Shown here: in pieces, positions 40,724 through 51,347 of the stretch | Layout: every line of letters starts with the position of its first letter | Numbering within the stretch: the first letter of the stretch is position 1 | Source of the DNA: a virus | Reading direction: 5' to 3' (one strand) | DNA length: 64,000 bases | Virus record (IMG/VR): IMGVR_UViG_3300045988_168437 | The notes under the pieces: model-generated | The model's input: the letters and a program-made list of their open reading frames with translations, nothing else | Database searches by the model: none | What the model was told of the DNA's origin: nothing | Position numbers and translations under genes: made by a program

Positions 40724-43700
40724 ATGAAAACATATGTTAATTATCACAAACATAGTTATTACTCAAATGCTTTTGTGCAAGATTCAACTGTATCTGTAGA
40801 ACAATATTTAGAAAGAATTGCAGAATTAGGGCATAAAGCATATTCGACAGTAGAACATGGATACATGGGAATGTTTTACAATCATTACTTAGAAGTAGAA
40901 AAATTTAATAAAAAAAGAATTGATAGAGGTTTAGAGCCTATAAAAATAATTGCAGGATGTGAGGCATATTGGGTTCAAAATCGTTTCGAAAAAGATAAGG
41001 CAAATGGACATATAGTTCTTTTGGCTAGAAATAATAACGGAAGAAAAGCCATAAATAGAATTACAAGTCAGGCGAATAAAGACGGATACTATTATAAGCC
41101 TAGAGTTGATTTAGAACTTCTTATGACCCTTCCTCCAAATGATGTAATGATAACAACGGCTTGCATCGCTTTTAATAGATATGAAGACATAGATGATATA
41201 ATACTTATGTTAAATGATAGATTTCCACATTTTTATTTAGAAGTTCAAGCACATAATGTAGAAACTCAAAAGAAATGGAATCAACACCTTTTAGATTTAA
41301 GCTATGAGTATGATTTAAAAATAATTGCAGGGTGCGATTCTCATATGATAAATAAAAGTCAAGAGATTGAAAGAGATAATTATTTAAAAAGTTATAAAAT
41401 ATCATATGAAGAAGAAAGTGGTTGGGATTTAACATATCCAGACTACGATACTTTGTTTAAAAATTTTCAAAGACAAGGAGTTTTATCGGACGAAGAAATA
41501 TCTATTGCTATAGATAACACGAATAAAATTTTGGATTTTGAAGATATAATATTAGATAAGAATTTGAAATTACCAAATGTATATCCTGATTTATCTCAAG
41601 AAGAAAGAAATATAAAGTTGAAAAATCTTGTATATGAAAATTGGGAAAAGGAAAAAATAAACATACCTCAAAAAGAATGGAAACATTATAAGGAACAAAT
41701 TGAATATGAGTTATCTGAAATAATAGGTTGTCATATGGCAGATTATTTCTTATTAAATGAAAAAATAGTTGGATTAGGAATTAAGAAATATGGGGGAATT
41801 TTAACTCATAGTTCAAGAGGTTCTGCTGGTGGATGTTATATAGGCAAACTGTTAGGATTTACAAATATAGATAGAATAAATGCCCCAGTTCCTCTGATAT
41901 TTGAAAGATTCCTTACAAAAGACAGAATATTAAAAAGTAAAAGTCTAGTAGATATAGATTGGAATGTTGCAGACAGACAACCATTTATAATGGCTCAAAA
42001 AGAGTTATTAGGAGAAAAAAGTTCATATGATTTATTAGCATTTGGAACATTAAAAACAAAAGCTGCTTTTAAACTCTATTGTAGAGCTTGTAATGTAAAC
42101 CCAGAAGAGGCCAATGAAGTTTCTAAACAAATTGAAAAGTACGAAGAAAAACTTAAATATGCAGAACGAGACGATACAGGAGAATTATTAGAAGAAATTA
42201 ATATTGAAGACTTTGTTGAACCTAAGTATTCTTATTTAATAGAAGAAAGTAAAAAATATCTTGGGATAAAAACAAATGCGAGACCACACCCTTGTGGGTT
42301 TTGTACGACTTCAATCAATTTAGAGGAAGAAATTGGAATTATAAAAGTTAAATCAGAGGCTACGAGAAATGAGGTTTTATGCGTCTGTATAGAAAGTGGA
42401 GATATGGATGCATTTCAATTTGTAAAAGAAGATTTCTTAAAAGTTGAAGTGGTAAAAACAACAAATGAAATATACAAAAGAATAGGAATCTCACAACCTT
42501 CTGTTTCAGAATTATTAAATATTGTAAAAAACAATGATAAAGTTTGGAATATCTATGCAAAGGGATTAACATTAGGAATTAATCAAGTAGAACAAGAGGG
42601 AAGTAGAAATAAATGTAAAAAATATAAACCTAAGAATATCGTAGAATTAACAGCTTTTGTTGCTGCGATTAGACCATCGTTTAAGTCTTTAGTAAAACAA
42701 TTTATATCAAGAAAATCTTTTGAGTATGGAATAAAAGAATTGGACGAACTTTTACAAACAAAAGAAATGCCATATTCCTATATCTTCTATCAAGAACAAT
42801 TAATGAAAATACTCGAATTTGCAGGATTTCCAATGAAGGAAACATATGACATTATCAAAATGATTAGTAAGAAAAAAACTTATTGTGCAAATTGTGGAAC
42901 TATAGGTAACGATGGAATGACAATTTGTCCTTCTTGTAAGGGACGAGTAATAAAACCTTTAGTTGATAAATATAAGGAACAATTCGTAGAAGGATTTATT
43001 AAGAGAACTGGAGAAGGTAATTCGGACATGGCCCTTAAAGTATATCAAATAGTTGTTGATTTTGCTAAATATGGATTTAACTGTTCGCATAGCTATGCGA
43101 TGGCTTTAGATTCAGTAGAACAAGCATATTTAAAAGCATATTATTCAGGAGAATTTTATGAGGTAATGTTAAGAACATATACTGAAAAAGGAGAAAAAGA
43201 TAAAGTAAGCGCCTTTAAACAAGAAATGAAAAACTTTGGCATCAAATTAGGTAAAATAGCTTTTGGAGAAAATAATTATGAGTTTAAATACATTCCTGAA
43301 AAGAATGAAATAACTCAAAATATAACTTCTTTTAAAAATATAAATCAACAATGTGCGATAGAGTTATATAAACTTTCTCAAGCTAAACGCTATAATAATT
43401 TTTTAGAATTATTAAAAGATATAAAAGAAAAAACTTCAATCTCAAAAAGACAATTAGACCCACTTATAGATATGGGATATTTTGCAGAATTTGGAAACAC
43501 ACAATATATTAGAAAATGTTATGAAGTATTTGAAATGTTTTATAAAAAAGTACAATTTAGTAATACAAATCCATATTCTTATATTATTGAAAAATACGCT
43601 AATAAAAAAACTCTTAAGCAATACAGAGAAGTAGATACAGATAAAGTAATGTTAGATATCATGAGTAACTATGATAAAGCTGTGAGCGACATTGAAAAGG

Positions 43701-43996
43701 TTATATACGATTTTAAAAAATACAATGAAACAAGTCACATAACAGAAAATAAATATTATGTCGTTATGGATTTAGATACAAAATATTCTCCAAAACTTAC
43801 TTTGTATAATACTAAAAATAAAAACAAACAGGTAGTAAAAATAAGTAAAGCTTTGTTTAATAAAATACCATTGTCAGAGTATGATGCAATTAAAATAAAA
43901 AAAGTAGTTCCAAAACCTAGAAAGAAAAAAATTGACGGAGAATGGACTAATTTATCTGTAACAGATTATTGGATAATAGACTATGAAAAAGTATAG
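40724..43996 (+). CDS. dnaE: DNA polymerase III alpha subunit (DnaE-type, PHP domain)
   Basis: PHP motifs YVNYHKHSYYS and TVEHGYM; 1090 aa; internal Cys4 insertion CANCGTIGNDGMTICPSCKG. Confidence 0.8.
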   Translation: MKTYVNYHKHSYYSNAFVQDSTVSVEQYLERIAELGHKAYSTVEHGYMGMFYNHYLEVEKFNKKRIDRGLEPIKIIAGCEAYWVQNRFEKDKANGHIVLLARNNNGRKAINRITSQANKDGYYYKPRVDLELLMTLPPNDVMITTACIAFNRYEDIDDIILMLNDRFPHFYLEVQAHNVETQKKWNQHLLDLSYEYDLKIIAGCDSHMINKSQEIERDNYLKSYKISYEEESGWDLTYPDYDTLFKNFQRQGVLSDEEISIAIDNTNKILDFEDIILDKNLKLPNVYPDLSQEERNIKLKNLVYENWEKEKINIPQKEWKHYKEQIEYELSEIIGCHMADYFLLNEKIVGLGIKKYGGILTHSSRGSAGGCYIGKLLGFTNIDRINAPVPLIFERFLTKDRILKSKSLVDIDWNVADRQPFIMAQKELLGEKSSYDLLAFGTLKTKAAFKLYCRACNVNPEEANEVSKQIEKYEEKLKYAERDDTGELLEEINIEDFVEPKYSYLIEESKKYLGIKTNARPHPCGFCTTSINLEEEIGIIKVKSEATRNEVLCVCIESGDMDAFQFVKEDFLKVEVVKTTNEIYKRIGISQPSVSELLNIVKNNDKVWNIYAKGLTLGINQVEQEGSRNKCKKYKPKNIVELTAFVAAIRPSFKSLVKQFISRKSFEYGIKELDELLQTKEMPYSYIFYQEQLMKILEFAGFPMKETYDIIKMISKKKTYCANCGTIGNDGMTICPSCKGRVIKPLVDKYKEQFVEGFIKRTGEGNSDMALKVYQIVVDFAKYGFNCSHSYAMALDSVEQAYLKAYYSGEFYEVMLRTYTEKGEKDKVSAFKQEMKNFGIKLGKIAFGENNYEFKYIPEKNEITQNITSFKNINQQCAIELYKLSQAKRYNNFLELLKDIKEKTSISKRQLDPLIDMGYFAEFGNTQYIRKCYEVFEMFYKKVQFSNTNPYSYIIEKYANKKTLKQYREVDTDKVMLDIMSNYDKAVSDIEKVIYDFKKYNETSHITENKYYVVMDLDTKYSPKLTLYNTKNKNKQVVKISKALFNKIPLSEYDAIKIKKVVPKPRKKKIDGEWTNLSVTDYWIIDYEKV

Positions 43997-44005
43997 TTTT
44001 CTTAG

Positions 44006-44034
44006 TTGACATACCGAAATAAAAATACTATAAT
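44006..44034 (+). promoter_or_regulatory. sigma70-type promoter
   Basis: TTGACA 44006-44011, 17 bp, TATAAT 44029-44034. Confidence 0.7.
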
Positions 44035-44157
44035 TAACTTATAAAATACATAAGCAAATAAATAATTAATATGCCACCTATTAATGCAGAATGTGTTTTA
44101 ATTAGGGTAATATGTTTTATTTTTCTTGTGATTAGGTGGCATATGGAAAGGATGTAA

Positions 44158-44412
44158 ATGACAAAAGAAAAACCTATAAGAGTTCTTTTTGGAAATGAAA
44201 GTGGTAGAATCCTCGTAGATAAAGACTACTTAGAAATTGAAAATGGATTATATAAAGTTTCTTCAAATGCAGAAGATGTAACAGGTGATGCAATATTTGC
44301 AGTCGCCAAATTCTTAGAACAAGGAAAATGGAAATTTGAATTTGAAGAAGACGGGAAAATCTATCAGTTGAAATTAAAGACAAAGAAAAAAATCAGAAAG
44401 AGAAATGATTAG
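44158..44412 (+). CDS. hypothetical protein
   Basis: 84-aa ORF, SD ggaaagga. Confidence 0.6.
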   Translation: MTKEKPIRVLFGNESGRILVDKDYLEIENGLYKVSSNAEDVTGDAIFAVAKFLEQGKWKFEFEEDGKIYQLKLKTKKKIRKRND

Positions 44413-44414
44413 AC

Positions 44415-45872
44415 ATGAAAAAGAAAAACAACGATGTTATCATTGAGTTTTTAGGGACCAGTAGAGACGAAGTTACTGGCTCATGTGTGCTAGTTTCATA
44501 TGTAAATTCAGATAACGAAAGGGAAAATATCCTAATCGAATGTGGAATGAATCAGGGGTGTCCTACTATATTATCTGACTATAATACAAATAAAAGAATG
44601 GTTGAGAAAGTTCCGTTTTCAAACATTAAATATATATTTGTTAATCATGTCCATGTAGACCATATAGGAAACCTTCCTACTGCCTTCAACAGAGGATTTA
44701 CAGGAGAGGTAATAACAACAGAAGACAATAGAGAATTAATGATTCCCTTACTTAATGACACATATACAATACATTTAAAAAATGTAAAAAAAATAAATGA
44801 AAAAGGAAAGAATTTAGATTTACTCTTTAATAAAATAGATGTACATACTGCTATTCATAAAACTAGAATCTTTGAAAAAAATATTATTCATAAATTAAAT
44901 GAAACTCTTTCTTTTAGATTCTTGCCAAATAATCATTGCGTAGGAGCTTGTCAATTAGAATTGTTTATTAAGAAACCAAGTGGGAAAATTGCTAAAATAT
45001 TTTATTCATCAGATTTAGGCTCTAATTACAATTCTAAGTACTCTCCTTTCTTGGATGATATAGTATATTCAACTACTTCTGACATAGCTATATTCGAAGC
45101 GACATATGGCAATAAAGACAGAAATTTTGCTAAGAAAAACGTAATCAACGAAAGAAAAGATTTAATTACACAAATAAAAAAATATACTAGTATGAATCAT
45201 CGAGTTTTAATACCTTCTTTTTCATTTAGTAGAAGTCAAATGCTTATGTCATTTTTATATGATAATTTAAAAGACGATAAAGATTTTGACAACATTTCAG
45301 TTATAGTCGATTCTAAACTATTAAATGACATTAATGGAGTTTATAGCAAAATACTTAAAGGAGAAAATAAAGAATATTGGGAACAGGTTTTAAGTTGGAG
45401 CAATTTTCATTTTGTTAAGGAATTTAAAGATACCGAAACCATTATTAAGAAGAAAGATATCCCAATGGTGATAATTTCAAGCGCTGGAATGTGTAATGCA
45501 GGGCATGTAGTAAGTTATGCTAAATCTATATTGCTAAATCCTAATGACTGCATGATATTTGTTGGTTATTGTGGCTTAAACACTTTAGGAAGTATGATTC
45601 AGAATAATAGACTAAATAGCGTTACAATAAACAGAGAAATATACGAAAAAAAATGCGATATCATTTCTTACAAAACTTTTTCTTCTCATATACAACAAGC
45701 AGAACTTATTGATTATATGAAAAAAATCAATACAGGAAAAATTTTATTGCATCATGGTAGTACTAGCAGTAAAGAGGAACTTAAATTAGCAGCTAAAGAA
45801 GAATTGTTCAAGGCAAATAAAACAACTCCTATTGAAATAGTAACAAATAAGAACAAGGAGTTTAGAGTTTAA
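44415..45872 (+). CDS. MBL-fold beta-CASP nuclease
   Basis: NHVHVDHIGNLP (HxHxDH); beta-CASP-like D, H (FSSH) and H (LHHGS) positions. Confidence 0.7.
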   Translation: MKKKNNDVIIEFLGTSRDEVTGSCVLVSYVNSDNERENILIECGMNQGCPTILSDYNTNKRMVEKVPFSNIKYIFVNHVHVDHIGNLPTAFNRGFTGEVITTEDNRELMIPLLNDTYTIHLKNVKKINEKGKNLDLLFNKIDVHTAIHKTRIFEKNIIHKLNETLSFRFLPNNHCVGACQLELFIKKPSGKIAKIFYSSDLGSNYNSKYSPFLDDIVYSTTSDIAIFEATYGNKDRNFAKKNVINERKDLITQIKKYTSMNHRVLIPSFSFSRSQMLMSFLYDNLKDDKDFDNISVIVDSKLLNDINGVYSKILKGENKEYWEQVLSWSNFHFVKEFKDTETIIKKKDIPMVIISSAGMCNAGHVVSYAKSILLNPNDCMIFVGYCGLNTLGSMIQNNRLNSVTINREIYEKKCDIISYKTFSSHIQQAELIDYMKKINTGKILLHHGSTSSKEELKLAAKEELFKANKTTPIEIVTNKNKEFRV

Positions 45873-46075
45873 TGTATGACTTAGAATTTTATGACATTTT
45901 AGAACAAAGAAACGACTTATTACGAGAAGTCGAAGAACTTAAAGATGAAATTCGTTTTCTTACAGAAGAAATAGAAGATTATCAAGAAGCTCTTGAACAA
46001 CGGAATAACTTTAGAGACGAAATACAAAAAGAAAAAAAGTTTAAATCTCTTTACGAAAAAATAAAAGATTTCTAA
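45872..46075 (+). CDS. hypothetical small coiled-coil protein
   Basis: 67-aa ORF, ATG overlaps the upstream stop. Confidence 0.55.
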   Translation: MYDLEFYDILEQRNDLLREVEELKDEIRFLTEEIEDYQEALEQRNNFRDEIQKEKKFKSLYEKIKDF

Positions 46076-46084
46076 GGAGAAACT

Positions 46085-46243
46085 ATGGAAAGCAAAATAA
46101 AGACTTATATTGGAGAAGATATAAGATTTAAAAATAAAAAAGTAACAATAAAATCAACTAGAGGAAATAAAAAACGTATATTTATTAATGATGAAATATA
46201 TGGGAAAATTTATGCAACAGTTGATAAAAAATATTTGAAATAG
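46085..46243 (+). CDS. hypothetical small basic protein (52 aa)
   Basis: ATG 46085 after SD aaggaga; below ORF-track cutoff. Confidence 0.45.
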   Translation: MESKIKTYIGEDIRFKNKKVTIKSTRGNKKRIFINDEIYGKIYATVDKKYLK

Positions 46244-46251
46244 GAGAAAAT

Positions 46252-46734
46252 ATGAGCTTTGACAAAGACATTATACTCGGAAACGTTGGAGAAGAATTAA
46301 CTTTAAAATTACTTAAACAAGATAAAACTATAACAAAAATTAAAGATGTTAGGACAGAGAGAAAATTTCAAAAATGGGATATTGATTTTATTATATATAA
46401 AGGAGATAAAAAAATAAAACTAGAAGTCAAAACAGACAGATTGGCTTTTGAAACAGGAAATATTATATATGAAAAATATAGTAATATAAAATACAATTCA
46501 ATCGGTTGTTTTGAGAAGACTAGAGCAAATTATATTCTTTATTATATTTTATATACAAATGTTTTGTATATCATTAATGTATTAGAATTTAATTTTTGGG
46601 TTAATAGTCATAAACCTAATGAGTTAGAAGTTATTAGAATGGGCGATAATGCAATAGGTTATTTATTTTCATTAGAAGAATTAGAAGAACATTCTTTTAT
46701 TGAGAAAGTATATTTAAGGGAGCGATTGATATGA
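46252..46734 (+). CDS. PD-(D/E)xK nuclease-fold protein
   Basis: WDIDFIIYKGDKKIKLEVKTD fits the D...(D/E)xK motif. Confidence 0.5.
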   Translation: MSFDKDIILGNVGEELTLKLLKQDKTITKIKDVRTERKFQKWDIDFIIYKGDKKIKLEVKTDRLAFETGNIIYEKYSNIKYNSIGCFEKTRANYILYYILYTNVLYIINVLEFNFWVNSHKPNELEVIRMGDNAIGYLFSLEELEEHSFIEKVYLRERLI

Positions 46735-47051
46735 ATAATTGTGCAACATGTTCAATGAGAGTAAAGCCTTATATTTCAAAAGAAATTGACTCACAATTAA
46801 TGGATAAAGGCTTTAAATTTGACAATGGAGCTATCTATTATGATGATTCTGAAAACAATATTCATTTTACTATTTCAGTCTTTAGAAAAGATATAATAAT
46901 AGGAAATGATTTAGACGATGGATATTCTGTACAATGTATAGTAGAAAAAGAAAAAATTACAAGTATTGATAAAATATTTGAAATATTTGAAACAATTAAA
47001 AAAAGCAAATTTAAATTAAAAGATGATTTTAATGACGAAATTTTTAAATAG
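46731..47051 (+). CDS. hypothetical protein
   Basis: 106-aa ORF. Confidence 0.55.
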   Translation: MNNCATCSMRVKPYISKEIDSQLMDKGFKFDNGAIYYDDSENNIHFTISVFRKDIIIGNDLDDGYSVQCIVEKEKITSIDKIFEIFETIKKSKFKLKDDFNDEIFK

Positions 47052-47065
47052 GAAGAAGGAGTTAA

Positions 47066-49324
47066 ATGTTTGTAATAAAACGTAACAACAGTTTAGTAGA
47101 TTTTGATTTAAATAAAATAAAGGTTGCTATTTCAAAAGCAATGAAAGAATGTGATAAATACGATAAAGCAGATTTAGATAAAGTCGTTGAAAAAATAGAT
47201 AATGAAATATCGGATTGGAATAAAGAATACAACGAAGACTTAATTCATATTGAAGATATTCAAAATATAATCGAAAATCAATTAATGAAAAATGGCTTAA
47301 CAGAAGTTGCTAAGGCTTATATTTTATATCGTGATAATAGAAGAAAAATAAGAGATGAACAAGCTCATTTATACAAAGAATCTCAAGATAGAATTAAAGA
47401 AATTATAGAAATGAAAAATATAGAAAATGCAAATGCAAATGTAGACGAAGGTTCTTTTAGTGGTAAAAATGCCAAAATAACTTCTTATTTTTTAAAAGAA
47501 TATGCATTAAATAATTTAATAGATAAAGAGGTAGCTAAAGCACATAGAGAAGGCAGATTATATACTCATGATTTAGATAGTTATTGTTGTGGACAGCATA
47601 ATTGTTTGTTTATAGATTTTCAAGATTTATTTGACAACAATAAAGGTTTTGAAACAAGAAATGGAGATGTAAGAAAGCCAAATGATATCATGACTTTCTT
47701 TCAACTCGTAGCAGTTGTATTTCAATGTGAGAGTCAAGTCCAATATGGAGGAGTTGGAGCAAATAAAATAGATTATGATGCTGCACCATATGTCGCAATA
47801 ACTTTTAGAAAGACTTTCGTAGATGCCTTAGTTGACTTAAGAGATATTACAGAACAAGAAGCTAAAAAAATAGTTGAATCAATTAAAGACAAAGTTAAAT
47901 TAGAAAGCTCTTATTTGAAAGATTACTATCCAAAAGAATATGAAGTCGCAAAACGACATACTATAAAAAAAACAATGCAAGGAGCAGAAAGTCTTTATCA
48001 TAACTTAAATACTCTCGAAAGTAGAGCTGGAAGCCAAGTTCCGTTTACATCTATAAACTTTGGAACAGATACTTCTCCAGAAGGACGATTAGTTTCTAAA
48101 TCTTTATTACAAGCGAGTATAAACGGTATTGGAAAATTTCATAGAACATCAATCTTTCCAATCTCAATATTTAAATATAAGAAAGGTATTAACGATAAAA
48201 AAGGAACTCCAAACTATGATTTAAAACTATTAGCTATTGAAAGCTTAAGTAAAAGAATCTATCCTAATTTTTGTAATGTAGATATATCTTATCAGAAAGA
48301 AATAAATTGTCCAGATGACGAGTTTTCTACTATGGGATGTAGAACAACAGTAGGTAAGGATATAAACGGATTAGGTTGGAGTAAAGGTGGCAGAGGAAAC
48401 ATTTCTCCAGTTACAATAAATTTAGTTGATATCGGTATTAAAAATGGAATATGTTTAGGAGAAAGAAATAAAGCAGATATAGAAGGCTTTTGGAAAGACT
48501 TAGATGATATGCTTAAATTATCTGAAAAGGCTTTATTAGATAGATACGAATGGATATGCTCTCAAAAAGCCAAAAGCGGATTCTTTTTACATCAAAATGG
48601 ATTAATGAAAAACACAATAGGTAGAAAATTAAATTTAGAGGAAGATGTAAGAGAATCAATGAAACATGGAACGCTTGCAATTGGCTATATTGGTATAGCA
48701 GAAACAATGGTCGCTATGTTTGGAGAAACCCAAACTAATAATGATAAAATATATGATTTTGCATATAAAATCGTAGAAAGAATTTATAATTTCACAAAAG
48801 AGTGTACAGAAAGAAATTCATTGAACTTTAGTTGTTATGCTACTCCTGCCGAAAACTGCTGTAAGACATTACGAAATGATTTAGTTAAAAGATATGGAGT
48901 AATAAAGGGAGTTACGGATAAAAAATATATTACAAATTCACATCATATTCCAGTATATGATGAAATTACTATTAAAGATAAAATCGACAAAGAAGCTCCT
49001 TTTAGTAAATTAGCTACGGGCGGAAATATAATGTATGTAGAATTAGAATCTAGCATGATAAATAATTTAAAAGCTATTGAAAAAATGATTGATTATGCTA
49101 TGTCTAAAGATGTTTCATATTTCGCATTAAATTTCCCAATTGATACATGTATGAATTGTGGATATTCTTCTGAAATAAATGACAAATGCCCTCAATGTGG
49201 TAGTAAAGATATTGAAAGACTTAGACGCGTAACAGGTTACTTAACTACAGATTATAGAAAATTTAATGAAGGAAAAATAGAAGAAGTCCACGATAGAGTT
49301 AGACATTCATTAGGAGAGATGTAA
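47066..49324 (+). CDS. nrdD: anaerobic ribonucleoside-triphosphate reductase
   Basis: ATP-cone-like N-terminus VIKRNNSLVDFDLNKI; C-terminal CMNCGY...CPQCGS zinc site and glycyl-radical RRVTGYL. Confidence 0.9.
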   Translation: MFVIKRNNSLVDFDLNKIKVAISKAMKECDKYDKADLDKVVEKIDNEISDWNKEYNEDLIHIEDIQNIIENQLMKNGLTEVAKAYILYRDNRRKIRDEQAHLYKESQDRIKEIIEMKNIENANANVDEGSFSGKNAKITSYFLKEYALNNLIDKEVAKAHREGRLYTHDLDSYCCGQHNCLFIDFQDLFDNNKGFETRNGDVRKPNDIMTFFQLVAVVFQCESQVQYGGVGANKIDYDAAPYVAITFRKTFVDALVDLRDITEQEAKKIVESIKDKVKLESSYLKDYYPKEYEVAKRHTIKKTMQGAESLYHNLNTLESRAGSQVPFTSINFGTDTSPEGRLVSKSLLQASINGIGKFHRTSIFPISIFKYKKGINDKKGTPNYDLKLLAIESLSKRIYPNFCNVDISYQKEINCPDDEFSTMGCRTTVGKDINGLGWSKGGRGNISPVTINLVDIGIKNGICLGERNKADIEGFWKDLDDMLKLSEKALLDRYEWICSQKAKSGFFLHQNGLMKNTIGRKLNLEEDVRESMKHGTLAIGYIGIAETMVAMFGETQTNNDKIYDFAYKIVERIYNFTKECTERNSLNFSCYATPAENCCKTLRNDLVKRYGVIKGVTDKKYITNSHHIPVYDEITIKDKIDKEAPFSKLATGGNIMYVELESSMINNLKAIEKMIDYAMSKDVSYFALNFPIDTCMNCGYSSEINDKCPQCGSKDIERLRRVTGYLTTDYRKFNEGKIEEVHDRVRHSLGEM

Positions 49325-49819
49325 ATGAATTTAGGTGGAATAATATACGATTCTGTTGTAGATGGAGACGGAATTAGAAATACAATTTTTGTTAGTGGTT
49401 GTTTACATAAATGTAAATCCTGTCAAAATCCTCAAACATGGGATTTCAATTATGGTTATCCATTTACTTATGAACTGCAAGAATCCTTCATAGAGGAATG
49501 CAAAGAAAATATTATGCTAGATGGCATAACAATAAGTGGAGGAGACCCAATATATAGCTACAAAGACCTTGTTCCTTTTTTAACAAAATATAAAGAAAAA
49601 AATCCAACACATACAATTTGGTTATATACAGGATTTAGATTTGAAGAAATTAAAGAAAATCCAATTCTTAAATATATAGATGTATTAGTAGATGGAGAAT
49701 ACATAAATGAATTAAAAGACTTAACCTTAAGGTTTAGAGGTTCATCAAATCAAAGAATTATAGATGTTCAAAAATCTTTAAAGCAAAATAAAATAATAGA
49801 ATATATAGGTGAGAATTAA
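49325..49819 (+). CDS. nrdG: anaerobic RNR activating protein (radical SAM)
   Basis: GDGIRNTIFVSGCLHKCKSCQNPQTW. Confidence 0.85.
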   Translation: MNLGGIIYDSVVDGDGIRNTIFVSGCLHKCKSCQNPQTWDFNYGYPFTYELQESFIEECKENIMLDGITISGGDPIYSYKDLVPFLTKYKEKNPTHTIWLYTGFRFEEIKENPILKYIDVLVDGEYINELKDLTLRFRGSSNQRIIDVQKSLKQNKIIEYIGEN

Positions 49820-49822
49820 TTT

Positions 49823-50293
49823 ATGAATAGAAAATTATGTATTGAAGATTTAATAATATATGCTCTAAGAGGAATTGATTATGCCGAAACTAAGAAGGGA
49901 GGTGAATTAATGCGAAAATTAGATACAATACAAACTAAAGAAAACTTAAACGACATTTATGCAATAGATAATATTGGACCAGGTGGAGCAAATCATCAAT
50001 ATATGATTGTTCCAAATGGAACTCAGGTAACAGAAGAAACACTCAACTATGGATATTTAAATAAAATCCAAATGCAATGCGGCCCAAGAAATGAGACAAA
50101 TCTAGCAAATGGATTACTCCCTAATGATTTATTAGAGATAGCTAGAGATGTGCTAAAGGGTTTTCAATCAAGTGACTTTGCAAATATATATAATGAAAAA
50201 GCATTAGGACATATTGAAATAGCTTTACTATATCTTAATAAAAGAGTAGAAGACAGAATAAAAAGACAGGTGTTAGGCAAATATGAAAAATAA
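49823..50293 (+). CDS. hypothetical protein
   Basis: 156-aa ORF; the better start may be ATG 49910, preceded by GGGAGGTGA. Confidence 0.55.
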   Translation: MNRKLCIEDLIIYALRGIDYAETKKGGELMRKLDTIQTKENLNDIYAIDNIGPGGANHQYMIVPNGTQVTEETLNYGYLNKIQMQCGPRNETNLANGLLPNDLLEIARDVLKGFQSSDFANIYNEKALGHIEIALLYLNKRVEDRIKRQVLGKYEK

Positions 50294-50495
50294 TCATGAA
50301 ACATCTAAATATATAATATCAATTCTTGCAGTAGTTGGAATTATGTCTATTACTGTAGTAACAATTGCATATATATGTGTAATATTTAATCTTGACGTAA
50401 ACAACTATGAATCATTTGTTAAAGTATTACTTATAACAATTTTAATAGGCGGAACTTTATTTATAGCCAATGAAATAGACAAAATATCAAAATAG
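50283..50495 (+). CDS. small membrane protein (2 TM)
   Basis: 70-aa ORF, hydrophobic segments. Confidence 0.5.
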   Translation: MKNNHETSKYIISILAVVGIMSITVVTIAYICVIFNLDVNNYESFVKVLLITILIGGTLFIANEIDKISK

Positions 50496-50537
50496 AAAAA
50501 GTGGGAACAAAGAAAAATAATAATTAGGAGTGATAAT

Positions 50538-50774
50538 ATGAAAATATATCCAAAAACTTTTAAGGTACTTGATGTAGTTAAAGGTAAATATAACCACATC
50601 ACTGCATTAAAAGGAGCTACATTACAAATAGTTTCTTTTGGAAAACTAAGTTATCTATTATTTGATAATAAAATATGGATAAAAGAATTTAACAAACAAA
50701 TAACTTATTTAGAATCTAAAAATGTATATCACTTAGAGTCTAAAGTAGGATTATTTGTATTGGCAGAAGTTTAG
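50538..50774 (+). CDS. hypothetical protein
   Basis: 78-aa ORF, SD aggagtga. Confidence 0.55.
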   Translation: MKIYPKTFKVLDVVKGKYNHITALKGATLQIVSFGKLSYLLFDNKIWIKEFNKQITYLESKNVYHLESKVGLFVLAEV

Positions 50775-50782
50775 GAGGCAGT

Positions 50783-51346
50783 ATGAATCTATTTTTAATA
50801 TGTGGAAAATCAAATAGCGGTAAAGATAGTTTAGTAAATGCTTTAATACAAAATCCTTTTTGTCATGTAGAAAAAGCAATAAACTTTACCACTAGACCAA
50901 AAAGAGAAGGAGAAGTTGACGGACTTACATATAATTTCATTACAGAACAAGACTTTGAAGAAAAGCTTAGAAATGGAGAAATACTAGAATACGAATCATA
51001 TCAAATAGATTCAGAAAACACTAACTGGCTATATGGCTCTATAAAAGGTGAGTTGACTAAATCAGATAATGTAGTAGTAATAGTAAATCCAAAAGGCTTA
51101 AAATCCATTCTAGCAACTGATTTAGTCCCTTATATAACCACAATACTAATAGAATGTGATGACAAGATTCGCCTACAAAGAGCTTTAGTCAGAGATTCTA
51201 ATGTTAAAGAAATTATTGATAGATATTTGCGTGATGAAAAAGACTTTGAACATACAGATTTATATGACTATAAAATAAATAATAAAGACTTTTGTAAAGC
51301 TTATAATGAGCTTTTAGCAATAATAAAATCTAAACAAGGAGAATAA
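50783..51346 (+). CDS. guanylate-kinase-like dNMP kinase
   Basis: P-loop CGKSNSGKDSL; TTRPKREGEVDGLTYNFI...GEILEY. Confidence 0.75.
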   Translation: MNLFLICGKSNSGKDSLVNALIQNPFCHVEKAINFTTRPKREGEVDGLTYNFITEQDFEEKLRNGEILEYESYQIDSENTNWLYGSIKGELTKSDNVVVIVNPKGLKSILATDLVPYITTILIECDDKIRLQRALVRDSNVKEIIDRYLRDEKDFEHTDLYDYKINNKDFCKAYNELLAIIKSKQGE

Positions 51347-51347
51347 T

